From NCBI GenBank assembly GCA_951406725.2, contig OX597814.1:75082001-75146000 (forward strand): 64,000 nt of DNA, given 5' to 3'. Shown piece after piece: positions 38,814-52,600 of this stretch. Made by a program: the position numbers and the translations under genes. Below the pieces are notes generated by a model, which did no database searches, was not told where the DNA came from, and saw only the letters and a list, made by a program, of their open reading frames with translations. Positions within the stretch are counted from its first letter, which is position 1; each line of letters begins with the position of its first letter. Origin of the DNA: Octopus vulgaris (taxonomy: Eukaryota).

Positions 38814-39104
38814 ACTAGCCAATGAAAAATGTGGACGTATAGTAACAATATTCTTAAAAATTAAACCTGGTAAAGTAGAGGACAAGAAAAAAACCCATTA
38901 AAATTAGAGCTTAAAATATTGTCGCTAAAATTAAAAAGTACCTCTTAGATACATTTTCATATTTTTTTTTAAAATTTAAAATTCTAATTTTAGCAGCAAT
39001 ATTTTTAAGTTCTAATTTTTATGAGATTTTTCTTGTCCTCTACTTTTCCTGGTTTAATTGTTAATAATATTGTTACTATGCATCCACATTTTTCATTGGC
39101 TAGT
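38814..39104. mobile_element. MITE/foldback element
   Basis: ~120-bp imperfect terminal inverted arms actagccaatgaaaaatgtgga... / ...tccacatttttcattggctagt. Confidence 0.8.
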
Positions 39105-39280
39105 ATATATATATATATATATATATGCAGTTGAGATGTTCACTTTATGAAAAAGAGGGGGCAAAAAAGCATACCAATTATTTTGTCTTATTTTATTCTT
39201 GGAGCTGTAACATTGCCAAAGTTTTGAATCCATCTCCCCCAACCAAAAAAAAAAGCAAAAACTGTGTAATTGAATTTATC

Positions 39281-39324
<44 letters not shown>

Positions 39325-41469
39325 CATACATACACACACATATACATACATGCAAACACACACATGAGTCAATCCAAAAGAACTAGTTGCAACACTATCA
39401 AAGTTGATTACTTTTGTTCTTTGCCAGTGTAAAAATGCATCATCAGAAGTGACATGACAATGAATGCTGAAAGCTGAAACATTTAGCAGTGCTGTGTAGA
39501 CTGGAGAATAAAAAGTCGTCATTATGAAATTAAAAAGAACAATGATAATAGAAATTGTGATTCAGATTTATTCAGACAGCTTAGCTAAAAGTCTATGCAG
39601 TAACATTTTTCAGTTGATCTTAACAAAGCCAAGTTATAGTTGTATTATTGGTGAAAACATAATTATAGAAGTGAACATATGAATAGTATTAAGATAATCT
39701 TCCTCTAACACTTCTGCAAAATATATTGAGATGCTCTATATATCTCCATACCAAATATTGAGATGATGAGATGATATTTCTTTACATCTCAGTATTATGG
39801 GCTGAAATGATCTTTTACTATATTTGAAATCATTTCCATCTCTATAATTTTATATCTACTTTATATTTTCTGCTCTATTTATAAACTGTTATTTTAATGT
39901 ATTGTATTTCTTTAATAAAATGATAGTCTAGTTCAGTAAATCCTATGTAATACTCCAGGCTGTAGATAGTACATGAAGTAAAGTACCTAACAAAGTAGAA
40001 TTGCAGCTTATCAGCCATTGCAACTTTAGCTGGACAACATAGATAAGCCATAAAGTACAAGATAAAAATTTGGATATTGTTGTGAAAATATGTCTTTGCA
40101 CACCAGTGTTGACATCATTGACATGCCTGTGTGATAGATAAATGTAGCTGATAGATATTTCAGGAGTTCAGATATAAATTAATGGGTGATCAGAACTCTT
40201 GATTTCAAGTGATTAAGGAAGTTGTGACATTCAGGTCTTTCTAAATATAATAGCAGCAACTAGTATGCTGGAAGTTTATTATTTACACTATGACATTTAT
40301 CTTGCCTTGGTTCATTTATTCATGTAATTATCAATTATAATTATGAATTACCTTCAACAAAGGAAATAGTAGTAAACATCATTATTCTTATATTGGCATG
40401 AAGCCAATATAAGAGGGGAATTTATCATAGTGAACTAATAATGTCCTTTTTTTTTTTTATCAAATCTGAATGGATAACTGTGGGGATAACCTGAAGAATA
40501 GGGTCATGATGTCAGTGGTCAAGAGATTGACCAGAAGAGGAAGTGTGAGAGGGGAATTGGAGGGAGAGAGGTGAGTGTCAGCCTCTTTTTGCCCACCAGA
40601 GGAATTGCAAACAGATGCAAGGGAATTCGCTCCCGGGTTGGTCAGATAGCAGCTGCTTGTACTGGGTGATGGGTAGGGCAAGACTGTCAGAGAGATTACT
40701 ACTAGACAGGCAGTCAATGAGAGGAAGGTAGGTGAATCTCTTTTCATTTCCTATGCACGACAATAACATAAGTCAACTCTGCAGGATATGAAGTCAGAAG
40801 ATAGAGGTATAGGAGCTAAATACTGCTAGGCAGTTAAAGCTTACACTCCACTGTTTCTTCTTACTCTACTGCCTTACACACAGAATATGTAATTTTAAGA
40901 TCCAAGGATCCAGGTGTAGGAAGTTAGTAAGCTTTGAGCAGTCTGTAGTGGGTATAAAAAACAACTTTCAGGAACAATAATTGTTTATTGGTGTAGAAGG
41001 TTGTAGGTTTTTCCCATACCAAACTTTGATAAGCTGAAAAAGTTATTTTATAGTTCATGGTTAGCAAAAAGGATTGCTATGAATGTGAATAAAAATCCAA
41101 ATTGAGGGAAGGGAGTATGTAAAATCCAGGTTACACAGGTTTCTTAGCTAGCAGAACTTTGGAAGTAGTAATTACTCAATGAGGGGTGCTCCACTAGCTA
41201 CTCATCAGGCCAAAGATACCTTAGTTAAATGAAGGTTACATTTTAATATAGTAATGTCCAGAATTGAACAGGACTAAAAAATATACAGTAACAATAAAAG
41301 GAAGAGCCCACGACTTTTTAATTATTTTGGGCAATACTTTCTGAACATGATATAAATGTATTAACTTGCAGGAGATGTAGCCAGTAGAGTACCCTTTATA
41401 GCCTGGATTTTGCCCATTCCAATCCCTCAATTTGGATTTATATATATATATCTATATATGTATATACAT

Positions 41470-41637
41470 GCATTTTTTCTCTCCTTGTTTTTTTCTGTGT
41501 ATCTTTCTGTCGAAGAGCGTAGGCTCGAAACGTAAAAGACTTTTTCTATTTCTATTCCTGAGCGCTATACTAATACATTTGTTTGTTTGTACTCCATCTG
41601 CCTTCGTCTTTTGTTTATTTCCGTAAACTTTCCCGTT

Positions 41638-41640
<3 letters not shown>
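41470..41640 (+). mobile_element. Penelope-type short repeat carrying a hammerhead-like motif
   Basis: tcttt CTGTCGA a GAGC-gtag-GCTC GAAAC GTA aaaga at 41502-41539; decayed copies near 4440-4560 (+) and 52600-52760 (-); embedded in TA microsatellites. Confidence 0.55.
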
Positions 41641-41701
<61 letters not shown>

Positions 41702-44599
41702 AAATATATATATACACATGTGTGTGTGTGTGTGCATATATATATATATGTATACATGCACATGCTAAATATTAAACAGGTAAAGAATTGTAGTTAAAGG
41801 AATAATGGTGCATATCTTGTTACTGAGATGTGGAGAGTATGTAATTTCATCTATTGCAATGAGAAGGGGATGAAATGGATGTTAAAAAGGAGGAAAGACT
41901 TGAAGGAGTAATCGTGAAGGAAAAGTAGTTTAAGGTATTACCCAGTAAAATATAAGTAAAAATAATAGTTCCTGATTCAAGTATAAGGCCACAGTATTTT
42001 TAGGGGAGAGTTAGTCTGTACACTCAATGCCAGAACTTAGATTGGTAGTTTATTTTAATGAATTTGAAAGAAGGAAAGGCTAAGCTGATTTAGGTAAAAT
42101 TTGAACTCAGACTGTAAAGTGTTAGAAGAAATGATACAAGGCATTTTTTCTAATGCTCTAACAATTCTGTCAGTTCCAATGATCCACCAGGCCACAGCCT
42201 TATAATAATGGTAGTTTGTTAGATAATAGACCCATTATAAAAAAACGGTGACAATCTAGAATATAATCAAAAACATTGTAAATTTACTACTCCATGGTGA
42301 ACTAAATATATTACAAAAATTCAAAATAAAGCAAAGAAAGAACAATGAATAAAATAGTCTTACCAGCCAGCTGCTTTTTTTAAAAACTGTTTTTTTCATT
42401 TACATCAGTAAATACATGTATGATGACAATAAAAACATAAAACTAAACAATATATTACTCAATTCACAATTTTCTGGATGACTCATGGAACAATTGTACA
42501 TTCAAATACACAAAACATGTTAAGTAAATTATAACAGAAATTAATATAGTAATGTCCAGAATTGAACAGGACTAAAAAATATACAGTAACAATAAAAGGA
42601 AGAGCCCACAACTTTTTAATTATTTTGGGCAATACTTTCTGAACATGATATAAATGTATTAAATACAAGTAACTGCAAAATAAGTTAACAATGTTACATA
42701 TTTTAATGATAATCAAAACATATGTGGGTAGGCAATGTTGAGGAATTCTGCATTACAAGCAAAATACTCAATAAATAAATATATGTAATCTTATAGCATA
42801 TTAAGGTAATAATATACTGAGCTGACCAAAGTAAAAATGTTGATGAAAGGAAATTCACATTGAGTAGATTTGCAAAGTCAAAGTAAAATTGTTTTCTTTC
42901 AACTACTTTACATTAAACATATTAAGTGAAATGTATTTAAAGAAGAAGCTTTAATGATAATAGTTTTGAAATTTTTGATAAAGTTGATTCAGTGCCATTT
43001 CCTCAACAATGTGTTGTTGGACAATCAATATTTTTAGACTGCTTGTATATTTTCTTGGATTAAGTCTACATTAAAAACACTGTAACCATCACCAGCAATG
43101 TAACAGAGTATACCAGGATGGTAATTCAATGATAGAACACTACACTTGTGTTGGTAATTGATGAGTAGTTTTCTGGTTTATTGGTTCTTGGTGTGAATCT
43201 AGTCTAAAGTGACAACATTCTACCCCTTGTGTGATGATAAAATAAAAACCAATAGCATTCTAAAATATGGAGAAAAACTAGATCTTATTTAGTGTGTTGC
43301 ATGTGTCTGTCATTTGCCTCCAAGCATTCAATTGGTTACAGTCTGCTCTAGCAGACTAACCAATTGGACCATATAATGGAATTTAATCAACTTGTGAGAG
43401 ATCATAAATATGCTAATCAATTAAGTATAAATACAAGCTTCAATTAATTCAATAAAAAGAACCAAATCTAATTATTGCAAGTGTAACTACTGCACCTTTT
43501 ACAGCATAGCATTAACATGATCTTATTAGCTGAAGAGGCATGTAAGTTTAAATATTATTCCAGAACCATTTTGTACAGGAGTTCTTCAGATTGATGATCT
43601 GCTATGTCAAACAGAGGGCTTGTTTTTGCCTCAAGGAGATCATACTATATCTCCAGCAGGATTTAAACACACAAGTCAGGTACAAGTATACCAAATTCCC
43701 TTACAATGTCTTCCAATAAATATCAATAAAGATTGCTCCAATCTTTGAAATAAAACTTCACTTAATTTTATTTTAAAAGCTTTTACAATAAAACTCAAAG
43801 AATTAAATTTCAAAACATTTACTTCCAATCGAAAATTTACCAAGTTTCTTCTTGGTTCATAGTATAAAAATGTTTGCTTTTGTTTCATTACACAAGAGAA
43901 AAAGTTTAAAGCACAATTTCACATGGATGAATGGAAATATTAAACAACCAGCTAATCACTTTAACAAAAGAAATTAATAACAAAGCAAGTCTATTCAATG
44001 ATCAGTTTTTATGCAAATAGCACTAAAGTAAACATAGGTTTTATCAACTAGCTAGTTATTTATACACACACACACACACACACACACAAAGTATTATTAG
44101 TTGCCTTTATTATTCTTGAGCCCCTGGGAAATTTAATTTCTAGTAATCTTTTATGGTGTAGCCTTCAAGACGAATAGCTATTTATTGTAGTGGAGATCCA
44201 CACAATCTATGCTAGCTTAAGGAAGTGGACATTAAAATGGTGATGATAAATAATATTAAGCAATTTCTATATTCTGACTTGTAAACAAAATTAATTCAAC
44301 AAAAATTAACCAAACCAAGACATTAATACATATATACTGCTAATTCATATTCAAGCACAAAAATCATTCTAAGTATAAAAGGAGGTCACAGAGTAATGTC
44401 CAAAATTAACACGACCCAAAAGTAATTCCTATATTTTTACTCACTGACTAAATTGACATAAAATAACAAAAAAAAAAAAGTAAATTGATATACAATTTAT
44501 ATATATTCCAATAGTCTGATTGCCTAAAAGGAATAACATAAAATTAATTTACAACATAAATATTTTTGAAAGCATTTGTATTATAAATGACACTAATCC

Positions 44600-44635
<36 letters not shown>

Positions 44636-45391
44636 TATATATATATATACATATACATACATATATATACACACACACACATATGTATACGTACATACAT
44701 ATATATACAAATATATATTCACACATGAATGTCTATGTACACATATGCCTATATATATATATATATATGTATGTACATACATATAAACGTACATATATCA
44801 TCATAATTTTACATCCACTTTTTATGCTGCCATAGAAAGACGAGTGAATATATTTCTAATGTTCCAAATTGTATCCGCTTGGTTAATGTGAACTAGAACA
44901 CTAAATTTTATTACAGGGCTCAAACTATGTCAGACAAGTTCACTTCATTATTCATAATTTACAGTACAGGAAATTAGCAGTAAGTTACCATTATAATGCT
45001 CAGAATTAGCTAATTAGCCAAAGGAATGTTATAATCTGAGCAATTTCAAAAAAACAGGTGCTAATAATACAGTTACAAAATAACTGGATTAAAACAGTCT
45101 TGAATTTTTTTACATGAAGTAGGAATACACAACCTCAAATAATATAATGTAATTGAAATTTATAATCCTGCACTAAAATATATACTCATAAATATTTTAG
45201 ATCATGAAATTTATTTAACTACTTTTAAACTTACTTTTAAACTTATATTACTAATTATTTATTGTAATGTAATTATGACTAAGTAAACACCATATTTTTT
45301 AACTTTTATATTTGCATACAAGTTTAAAAAGAAATCTAATGAGAAAGATATAAAGAATTGGGTAAATAGCAAATAAGTATATTGGTCTGAC

Positions 45392-45490
45392 CTGATTTCC
45401 TCCAAAACCATGACAAGATACCATGCCGACTTTTTCACCACTCTTCCGTCCCATGCTATCAAGACACAACCCACTTGCTTTGTTTCGAAT
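45392..45490 (-). CDS. GALNT1: GALNT exon, ricin-type lectin alpha repeat
   Basis: 99 bp, ttccag|ATT...CAG|gtcaga; [33 protein letters not shown] (CLD...CHG.GGNQ). Confidence 0.95.
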
Positions 45491-45878
45491 CTGGAAAATT
45501 ACATTAGAACAGGATGATACGTAATATGTAATGGCCTCTGCTGATAACAATGCTGTATTCTCAATGTTTAGTAACTGGTATAGTTTTCTTGAAAGCAACT
45601 GATTTGATTTTTGTGCTACAGACTCATTATTTCTCTATTAAAAGCAGTAAAACATCCTAATATTGGCAATATAACAACAAATATTTAATGGTGTTTAGGC
45701 AATGGACAATCATTAATGTGTTAATCTATCTGAAATACTACTAAACTTATATGTAATCAATTTATTACTTGGTTAACAAGAGAGATCAAAATAATAGGAA
45801 AATTAGTTAAGCTACAATACTCAAGCTACACCATTTGATTATATTACAACAATAGATTAAATACATGAGTAAACTCAC

Positions 45879-46018
45879 CTCTCCAACAGAATAATAATCC
45901 AATGGCATCTGAGATTCAGGGTAAATATTCTCAAGGTACCAACGGAATGACTTGCACTTTTTCTTTTTTCGGAATTCAACACGCTCACTAATGTCACCAA
46001 AATCAGCTGACCTTACAC
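45879..46018 (-). CDS. GALNT1: GALNT exon, end of catalytic domain and linker
   Basis: 140 bp, attatag|GT...GAG|gtgagt; [47 protein letters not shown]. Confidence 0.95.
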
Positions 46019-47579
46019 CTATAATCAATCAAGAGAGAAGGTTAATTTTATTTTGTTTACAATGATGTGAAAGCCCAATCAGGCTAATCTCAATTCCTTA
46101 CAGTTTTAGCAAAATATTCAATAATATAAATTGTTAATACCTATCTATTTTTTTCTATTATGAAATTTATCTTAAAAGGGGCAATGGAATTATCAGCATC
46201 CTTATCAGTACTTTATATCTAGCAACATCTAATACCTAATTAGTTAGAAACCTAAGCAAACTGAATACAGATTTCTAAGTTAATACACAACAAAGTAAAG
46301 ATTCAGGGTTATTTTTAAAAAAACAAGCTGCAATGTGGAATATTAATGAAGATCTATACATCAAACCTAAAACTTTCAAATAGAAATTCTTTGATGGCAG
46401 CAACCTTTAATGATTTGAATGGCAACCCAGTTTAATTTCACACCGTTTCACAAAACCTTCTTTGCCTTTATTTAATTTTCTTAAAATTTTAACTCAATGT
46501 ACCTCTGTAACCCACTAATGTGAGCATTTTAATGAAATAACTGATTAGCTAAGTGAAAAAAGAAAAATCTCTAAATGTTACTTATAAAATAATCAGCCAT
46601 AATCCTAAGCAAAATTAATAATAGAGACTTTACTGTATTGGATTCAATACTTTCTAGTTAGGGATTTAATTATTGTCAACCTTTCAGACTAGTGGGAGTA
46701 ATGAAATAAGTGCTAATTATATAGCGGAGCCAATTATTAACATTCCTTGTGCTGCCTCAACATTAAAAAGTCACTATTATTAAATAAAAAGACTAAAATA
46801 AAAAAAAAACCGAAATGTGTTATTTATCTCGCTGCTTGAGCTCATGCTTTCGTATGTCCACTTTAATAGTAGGTGTCTGCTAATGCATAAGCTGTGATAA
46901 AAGTTAACAGACTAACTGTAATGAACATTGATTATTACATGATTTGTAGGAAAAGACAGAAATAAAGAAAAAAACTTATAAAGTGATAATGAGAAATGGA
47001 CATTCTAAGTGGAAGACCTGCTGAGAATGAACTAAGAGGTCAGATAGATTTTAGAGGCATCATCTCATGTCAGCAGAAGAGATGACTGCACTTATGGATA
47101 GGCAATGTGAGGGGTACATGAAATAACCATGGTAATGATAAGGACAATGTAATGGTTATATATATCTAACACAGCCTGAAACAATAGAACAATCATATAA
47201 GAAGACATGTAATGCAGACATAGTGCTTTTATATAGGTTTCATTCTTATGAAACAAGTACAATGAATGTTGGAGGAACAGTAAGTACTCTCACCAACTCA
47301 AATGCTGCATTGTAGTCAGGCTGGGGTGTTAGACCATCTGTTAATTTAACAGTAATTTATTCATGACATTTATTTTATAAGCTGTGAAATGAAATGAAAA
47401 ATTAAGTTGCCCTTTGAGAAAATTTGAGCATAAAAGCAAACTACATAATTTAATACACAATACATCACCATCCCGTATGATCTTAATTTCTTCAAAATTT
47501 TAAAAACAATGACATACTTTCCCAATAGTTACTATAGCTTCCTCAACAGTTACAAACTAACTGCTGTTTATTTCTACTA

Positions 47580-49799
47580 AGGTAGATAAAGCAATTAAGG
47601 GTATGAAGATGGAAAGCCCCTGACCCATCAGGAATCACCACAGAGATGTTTAAAATATCTGGCAGTGTTGGCTATAGTCTAGTCACCCATATAGTCAATC
47701 AGGTGATACATGAAGGAGTCATACCGAATGACTGGTGTAGCAGTACCATATTCAACTGCTACAAAGTTAAAGGAGATGTATTAGATCAAATAATTAGAGA
47801 GGTATCAAGTTGTTGGATATGGTAATGAAAGTCATGGAGAGGGTCATAGCCCAACTAATTAGGGAGAGAGTCAGTCTAGATGAGATGCAGTTTGGGTTAG
47901 TGACAGGGAAAAGCACCACTGATGCCATTTTTCTGGTAAGACAACTACAGGAGAAATACCTAGCCATAGATAAACCTCTGTATCTGGCTTTTGTTTACAT
48001 GGAGAAAGCTTTGACAGGGTCCCCTGATCACTTATCTGGGGGTCAATGCAGAAACTAGGGCTAGATGAGTGGTTTGGGAGAGCTGTACAGGCCATATACA
48101 GGGATGCTGTTAGTAAGGTGAGGGTTAGCAACAAGTATAATGAAGAATTCCGGGTAGGATTAGGGGTTCACCAAGGATCAGTTCTCAGCCTCCTCTTATT
48201 CATCATAGTCCTCCAGGCAATAACAGAAGAATTCAAGATGGGATGCCTCTGGGAGCTTATCTATGCTGATGACCTTGCTCTAATAGCTGAATCACTATCA
48301 GTACTAGAAGAGAAGTCTCAAGTGCGGAAGCAATGTTTAGATTAGAAGGGCCTTAGAGTCAATCTAACAAAAACCAAAGTCTTAATAAGTAGGAAGGCAG
48401 ACAAAACACAAATCCCTTCAGGTAGATGGCCCTGCTCCATCTGTAGAAAAAGTGTAGGTAGAAACTCCATAAGATGTACCTGGTGTAAGTACACATAAGA
48501 GGTGCAGCAATATCAAAGAAGGCTAACTGGGAAGATAGGCTTTTGTGTGTGGCAAATGCCCAGGGGCAGTAAACAGTGAAAATGTGCAGAAAACAGCTTC
48601 TGTCACATTCCAGGGGGAAAAAACTAGAAGTAGTTGATAGCTTTTGTTACCTAGGTGACCAAGTCAGTAGCATTGGTGGTTGCTCTGAGAGTGTAGCTGC
48701 TAGAATAAAAATAGCCTGGGCAAAGTTCAGAGAGCTTTTACCTCTGCTGGTGACAAAGGGCCTCTTGCTTAGAGTGAAAGGTAGACTGTATGACACATGA
48801 GCGAACAGCCATGCTGCATGGCAGTGAATCATGGGCTGTGACTGCTGAGGACATGCGTAAGCTTGCAAGGAATGAAGCTAGTATGCTCTGCAGGATGTGT
48901 AATGTCAATGTGCATACACGACAGAGTGTAAGCGCCCTGAGAGATAGGTTGGACATAATAAGCATCAGATGTGATGTGCAAGTGAGACGACTGTGCTAAT
49001 ATGATCATGTGTTGCCTATGGATGAGGACAGCTGTGTGAAAAAGTGTCACACTCCAGCAGTGGAAGGAACCTGTGGAAGAGGTAGACCCAGGAAGACCTG
49101 GTATGATGTGTTGGAACACGACCTTCGAACGTTGGGTCTCACTGAGGCTATGACAAGGGACCGAGACATTTGGAGATGTGCTGTGTTTGAGAAGACCCTG
49201 CAAACCAAGTGAGACCAGAACTGTGGCCTATGACAGTGCAGCATAACCAGCCCATTTAAGAGTACCCTTCAATCATTGGGCAATAAACTGCACTTATGAA
49301 GACCTGTTGAGGCAAGTGATGTCGTTGTGATGGCCAATGACAGTACTGCCTGATTGGCATCTGTGTGGTGGCACATAAAAAGCACCATTTGAGTGTGGTC
49401 ACTGCCAGTGTTGCCTGACTGATCCCATGCCAGTTGCACATAAAAAGCACCATTCGAGTGTGATCGTTGTCAGCACTATCTAACTGGCTCCTGTGCCAGT
49501 GGCATGTAAAAAGCATCATTCGAACATGGTTGTTGCCAGTGCTGTCTAACTGGCTCCCATGCTAGTGGTATGTAAAAAGCATCATTCAAGCATGGCCGAT
49601 GACAGGGTCGCCTGACATGTAAAAAGCACCCACTACACTCTCTGAGTGGTTGGCGTTAGGGAAGGCATCCAGCTGTAGAAACATTGCTAGATTGGATTGG
49701 AGTCTGGTGCAGCCTTCTGGCTTGCCAGCCCTCAGTCAAACCATCCAACCCATGCCAGCATAGAAAGTGGACGTTAAATGATGACGATGACGATGATGA
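47580..49799 (+). mobile_element. RTE-clade LINE, 5'-truncated, degenerate
   Basis: RT motifs QFG...STTDAIF, GVHQGSVLS, LIYADD, GRGRPRKTW; 3' UTR ending in (GAT/GAC)n. Confidence 0.93.
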
Positions 49800-52012
49800 G
49801 TTAGCTGTTTTATTTTTTTAATTATCTTTCTCAATTGAACATTTCTAATTTAACAAAGACTCTTTAAAATATTTCTAATACTCTCAGGCTTAATTTATTG
49901 CTTTTACTAGCTTATGGAAATTGTTCTTTTGCAGAAGACCTGCAGTTATCAACTGTCAAAGCAATTTTCCTTGGATATAGCTTTTGCCCAAATGCATATG
50001 CATGCACACATACCAATACTTTTTTTTTTATCAACAGCAGAACTTGAACTAAAAAAATGATTTTCTAAAGTTTAAACTGAACCTCAAATACAACCATCTC
50101 AGATAACCTCCAATGTCAATGGCTTATGTTCTTCTTCTGCAAAACGACTAATATAAATAATTGTATTGTATGACAATCCAATATAAGATACAGCAGAAGC
50201 AACATAAGCATGAAGCACTATGTTTAGCATGATCTAAAGAAGTGAGTATCAATATAAATAAAAAGTATCAGTCAATATAAACAGAAATTAGCATTGGAAA
50301 TTAAAAAAGGAAAAGATAGTATAAGAATTATACATCAGTAGAAGTAGGTTAGAAAAGAATCAGTCAGTAAATATATATTGGAAAACAATAGAAGAAGCAG
50401 AATATGTAGGAATCAAAAAAACAAAAGGAAGAGCAGTAATATTTGTAAATTATATTTACAAATAAAAAATTGTTGAAGCAAATGCAAACAGGAAATAATG
50501 TAAGAAGCAGTATAAATAAGAAACAGAAGCCATGTAAATAGGTAGCATCAAAACCAACAGTATGAAAGAAAATAGCATAAGAAGTAGCAATAAGAAGAAA
50601 CAGTAGAATAAATGGAAATATAAATATTTGGATTTCTACTAGCAGTCTGAGACATCAGCACTGACCTCTCTTAATGATTTACTGGGTAAAATTGCTTGTA
50701 GAAGAATTAAGGTGTTGATTCATTGATCATGACATGAAAAAGAAGAATATGATAACGACAACTGCCCCTCATCAAAGCATATACATAACTTCAATTACAT
50801 GTTTGTCAAACATGTTCCATTCCCATTTCACTGTTCAGAACAAGGCATGAGAAATTATTTGCATTTAGAAATGGTTTTCTGGAGCATTTTAATGACAGTG
50901 TGGGGTACTTGGACATTATTATAAATGGAAATTGAGAGATGGGTAAAAAAATTAAAAAACATTTTAAATAGGGCGCTGATGTAACAAAGACTAGTTAATG
51001 AGAGAAGGCTACATAAGAACAATACTTAATATATATCTGGGTCACTGAAAAAGACTTCAGGCAGTGAATTAAGTGTAAATATTTTATTATGACAAAGGAT
51101 AATAGAATCCAAATAATATATCTAACATGGAGTGAAAGTAGTAGAATACTATGAAGTATAATTGTGCTGTGACTCAGCCAGTTCAAGCCTACTTGGCTGA
51201 TAAACAGGTTACACTTTTACTTCATAGTTGAGAAATAATTGATAGAAAGAGCTTTGAACTGTAAAAATCACTCCAGCATTTTCAAATTTATTAAAACTAT
51301 CCAATTCATGCAACTCTAGAAAAATTAATAATGATGATGATGAAGTGGCTGATGAGTAGAAATCTCACTAACCTATAAGGGCCTACAGAAGCCAAAGAAC
51401 AAGTAATAAGAAAACAAAACATAGGCATAAACTATCAAATAAAAAACAGAAAAGAATGAATAAAATGGACACAAAAGTTGGAAGGATATTTATAGACAAA
51501 CAATAGAACACAAAGTATAAAAAAAGATGTGTGTGTGTGAGTGAAAGAAGAAGGAGAGAGAGAGAGTGAAGCTACACTAACTTTACACATCATCATCGAC
51601 TTAAATCCACTGTCCATGCTAGGATAGATTGAATTGGTCTGATCACATAAATGGGTAGGAGTGGAGAACTCATCTAACTTGCATTTCACTTTGGCTTGGA
51701 TTGTGCCTAGATGCTCTTCCTAAATCAACCACTTTACAGACTGTACTGAATGCTTTCTTTTGTGCGACCATCATTAAAGAGGTACCATGTGCTTGACAAG
51801 ATTAAAGAGTCCACACTTTGCAGAATATACTGGTAAGGTCATACTTTGCACAATATACTGTAAAGTTACATAACTCAAAGGTTGAAAATTCTTTGCGTTG
51901 CAGTTATCAAATAGGGTAAGTGCAATGCATGAAACTTTTGGCCCCATGAGTCACCCATGTAGCTTTCGACCAATAAAAAAAATATATCCATTTACATATA
52001 TATATATATATA

Positions 52013-52557
52013 CTAGCAGTATCGCCCGGCGTTGCTCGGGTTTGTAAGGGAAATAACTATATAAGCATTTTTAGAGTTATAGCCAAAAAATAGCAAAAAA
52101 AATGCATTAAAAATAGAAAAAAAATTATGGTAAATTTTTTTTTAAATCGTTGACTCATCATAGACATTTTCTGTTTTGATGTCTTCAAGCCATGAAGTCG
52201 TTGTTCTAAAAGAACGCTGGTCTCCTTGACAACGCTTTACGACGTTGATTTCCTTACACTCCCTTCCCCACAGCTTCATGAGGGAGGGAAGAAGGGGGAG
52301 AAGCAACACAGGTGCAGGTGTGACCATGGACGCCAACTCCGCCGCCATCGACACACGAAAAAATATGCGTTAAAATGGAAAAAAATGTTGTTAAATTATT
52401 TTTAAAATTGTAGACTCATCATAGATGCGCGCTAATACCCAGACGGGCTCGATATGAATCACGACTATAAGATACCCGAATTTGGTTAAACTGCACCGCA
52501 AAATGTGCGAGTAGTTAGGAATCTAAATCGTAGGAGACAGACACTCACACAACTACA

Positions 52558-52575
<18 letters not shown>
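52013..52575 (-). mobile_element. Non-autonomous Helitron
   Basis: Minus-strand 3' end CCCGAGC-AAC-GCCGGG hairpin then ...CTAG|T; 5' end merges into (TA)n-AAAACTG; CpG-rich relative to flanks. Confidence 0.7.

Positions 52576-52600
<25 letters not shown>

Noticed and set aside
40460-40770. GC-richer segment with short ORFs
   Set aside because: Stops in all frames; at most a very old LINE remnant that I cannot assign
50180-50620. Purine-rich stretch with recurring agaagcag/agtaa words
   Set aside because: Low-complexity with no consistent period or ORF
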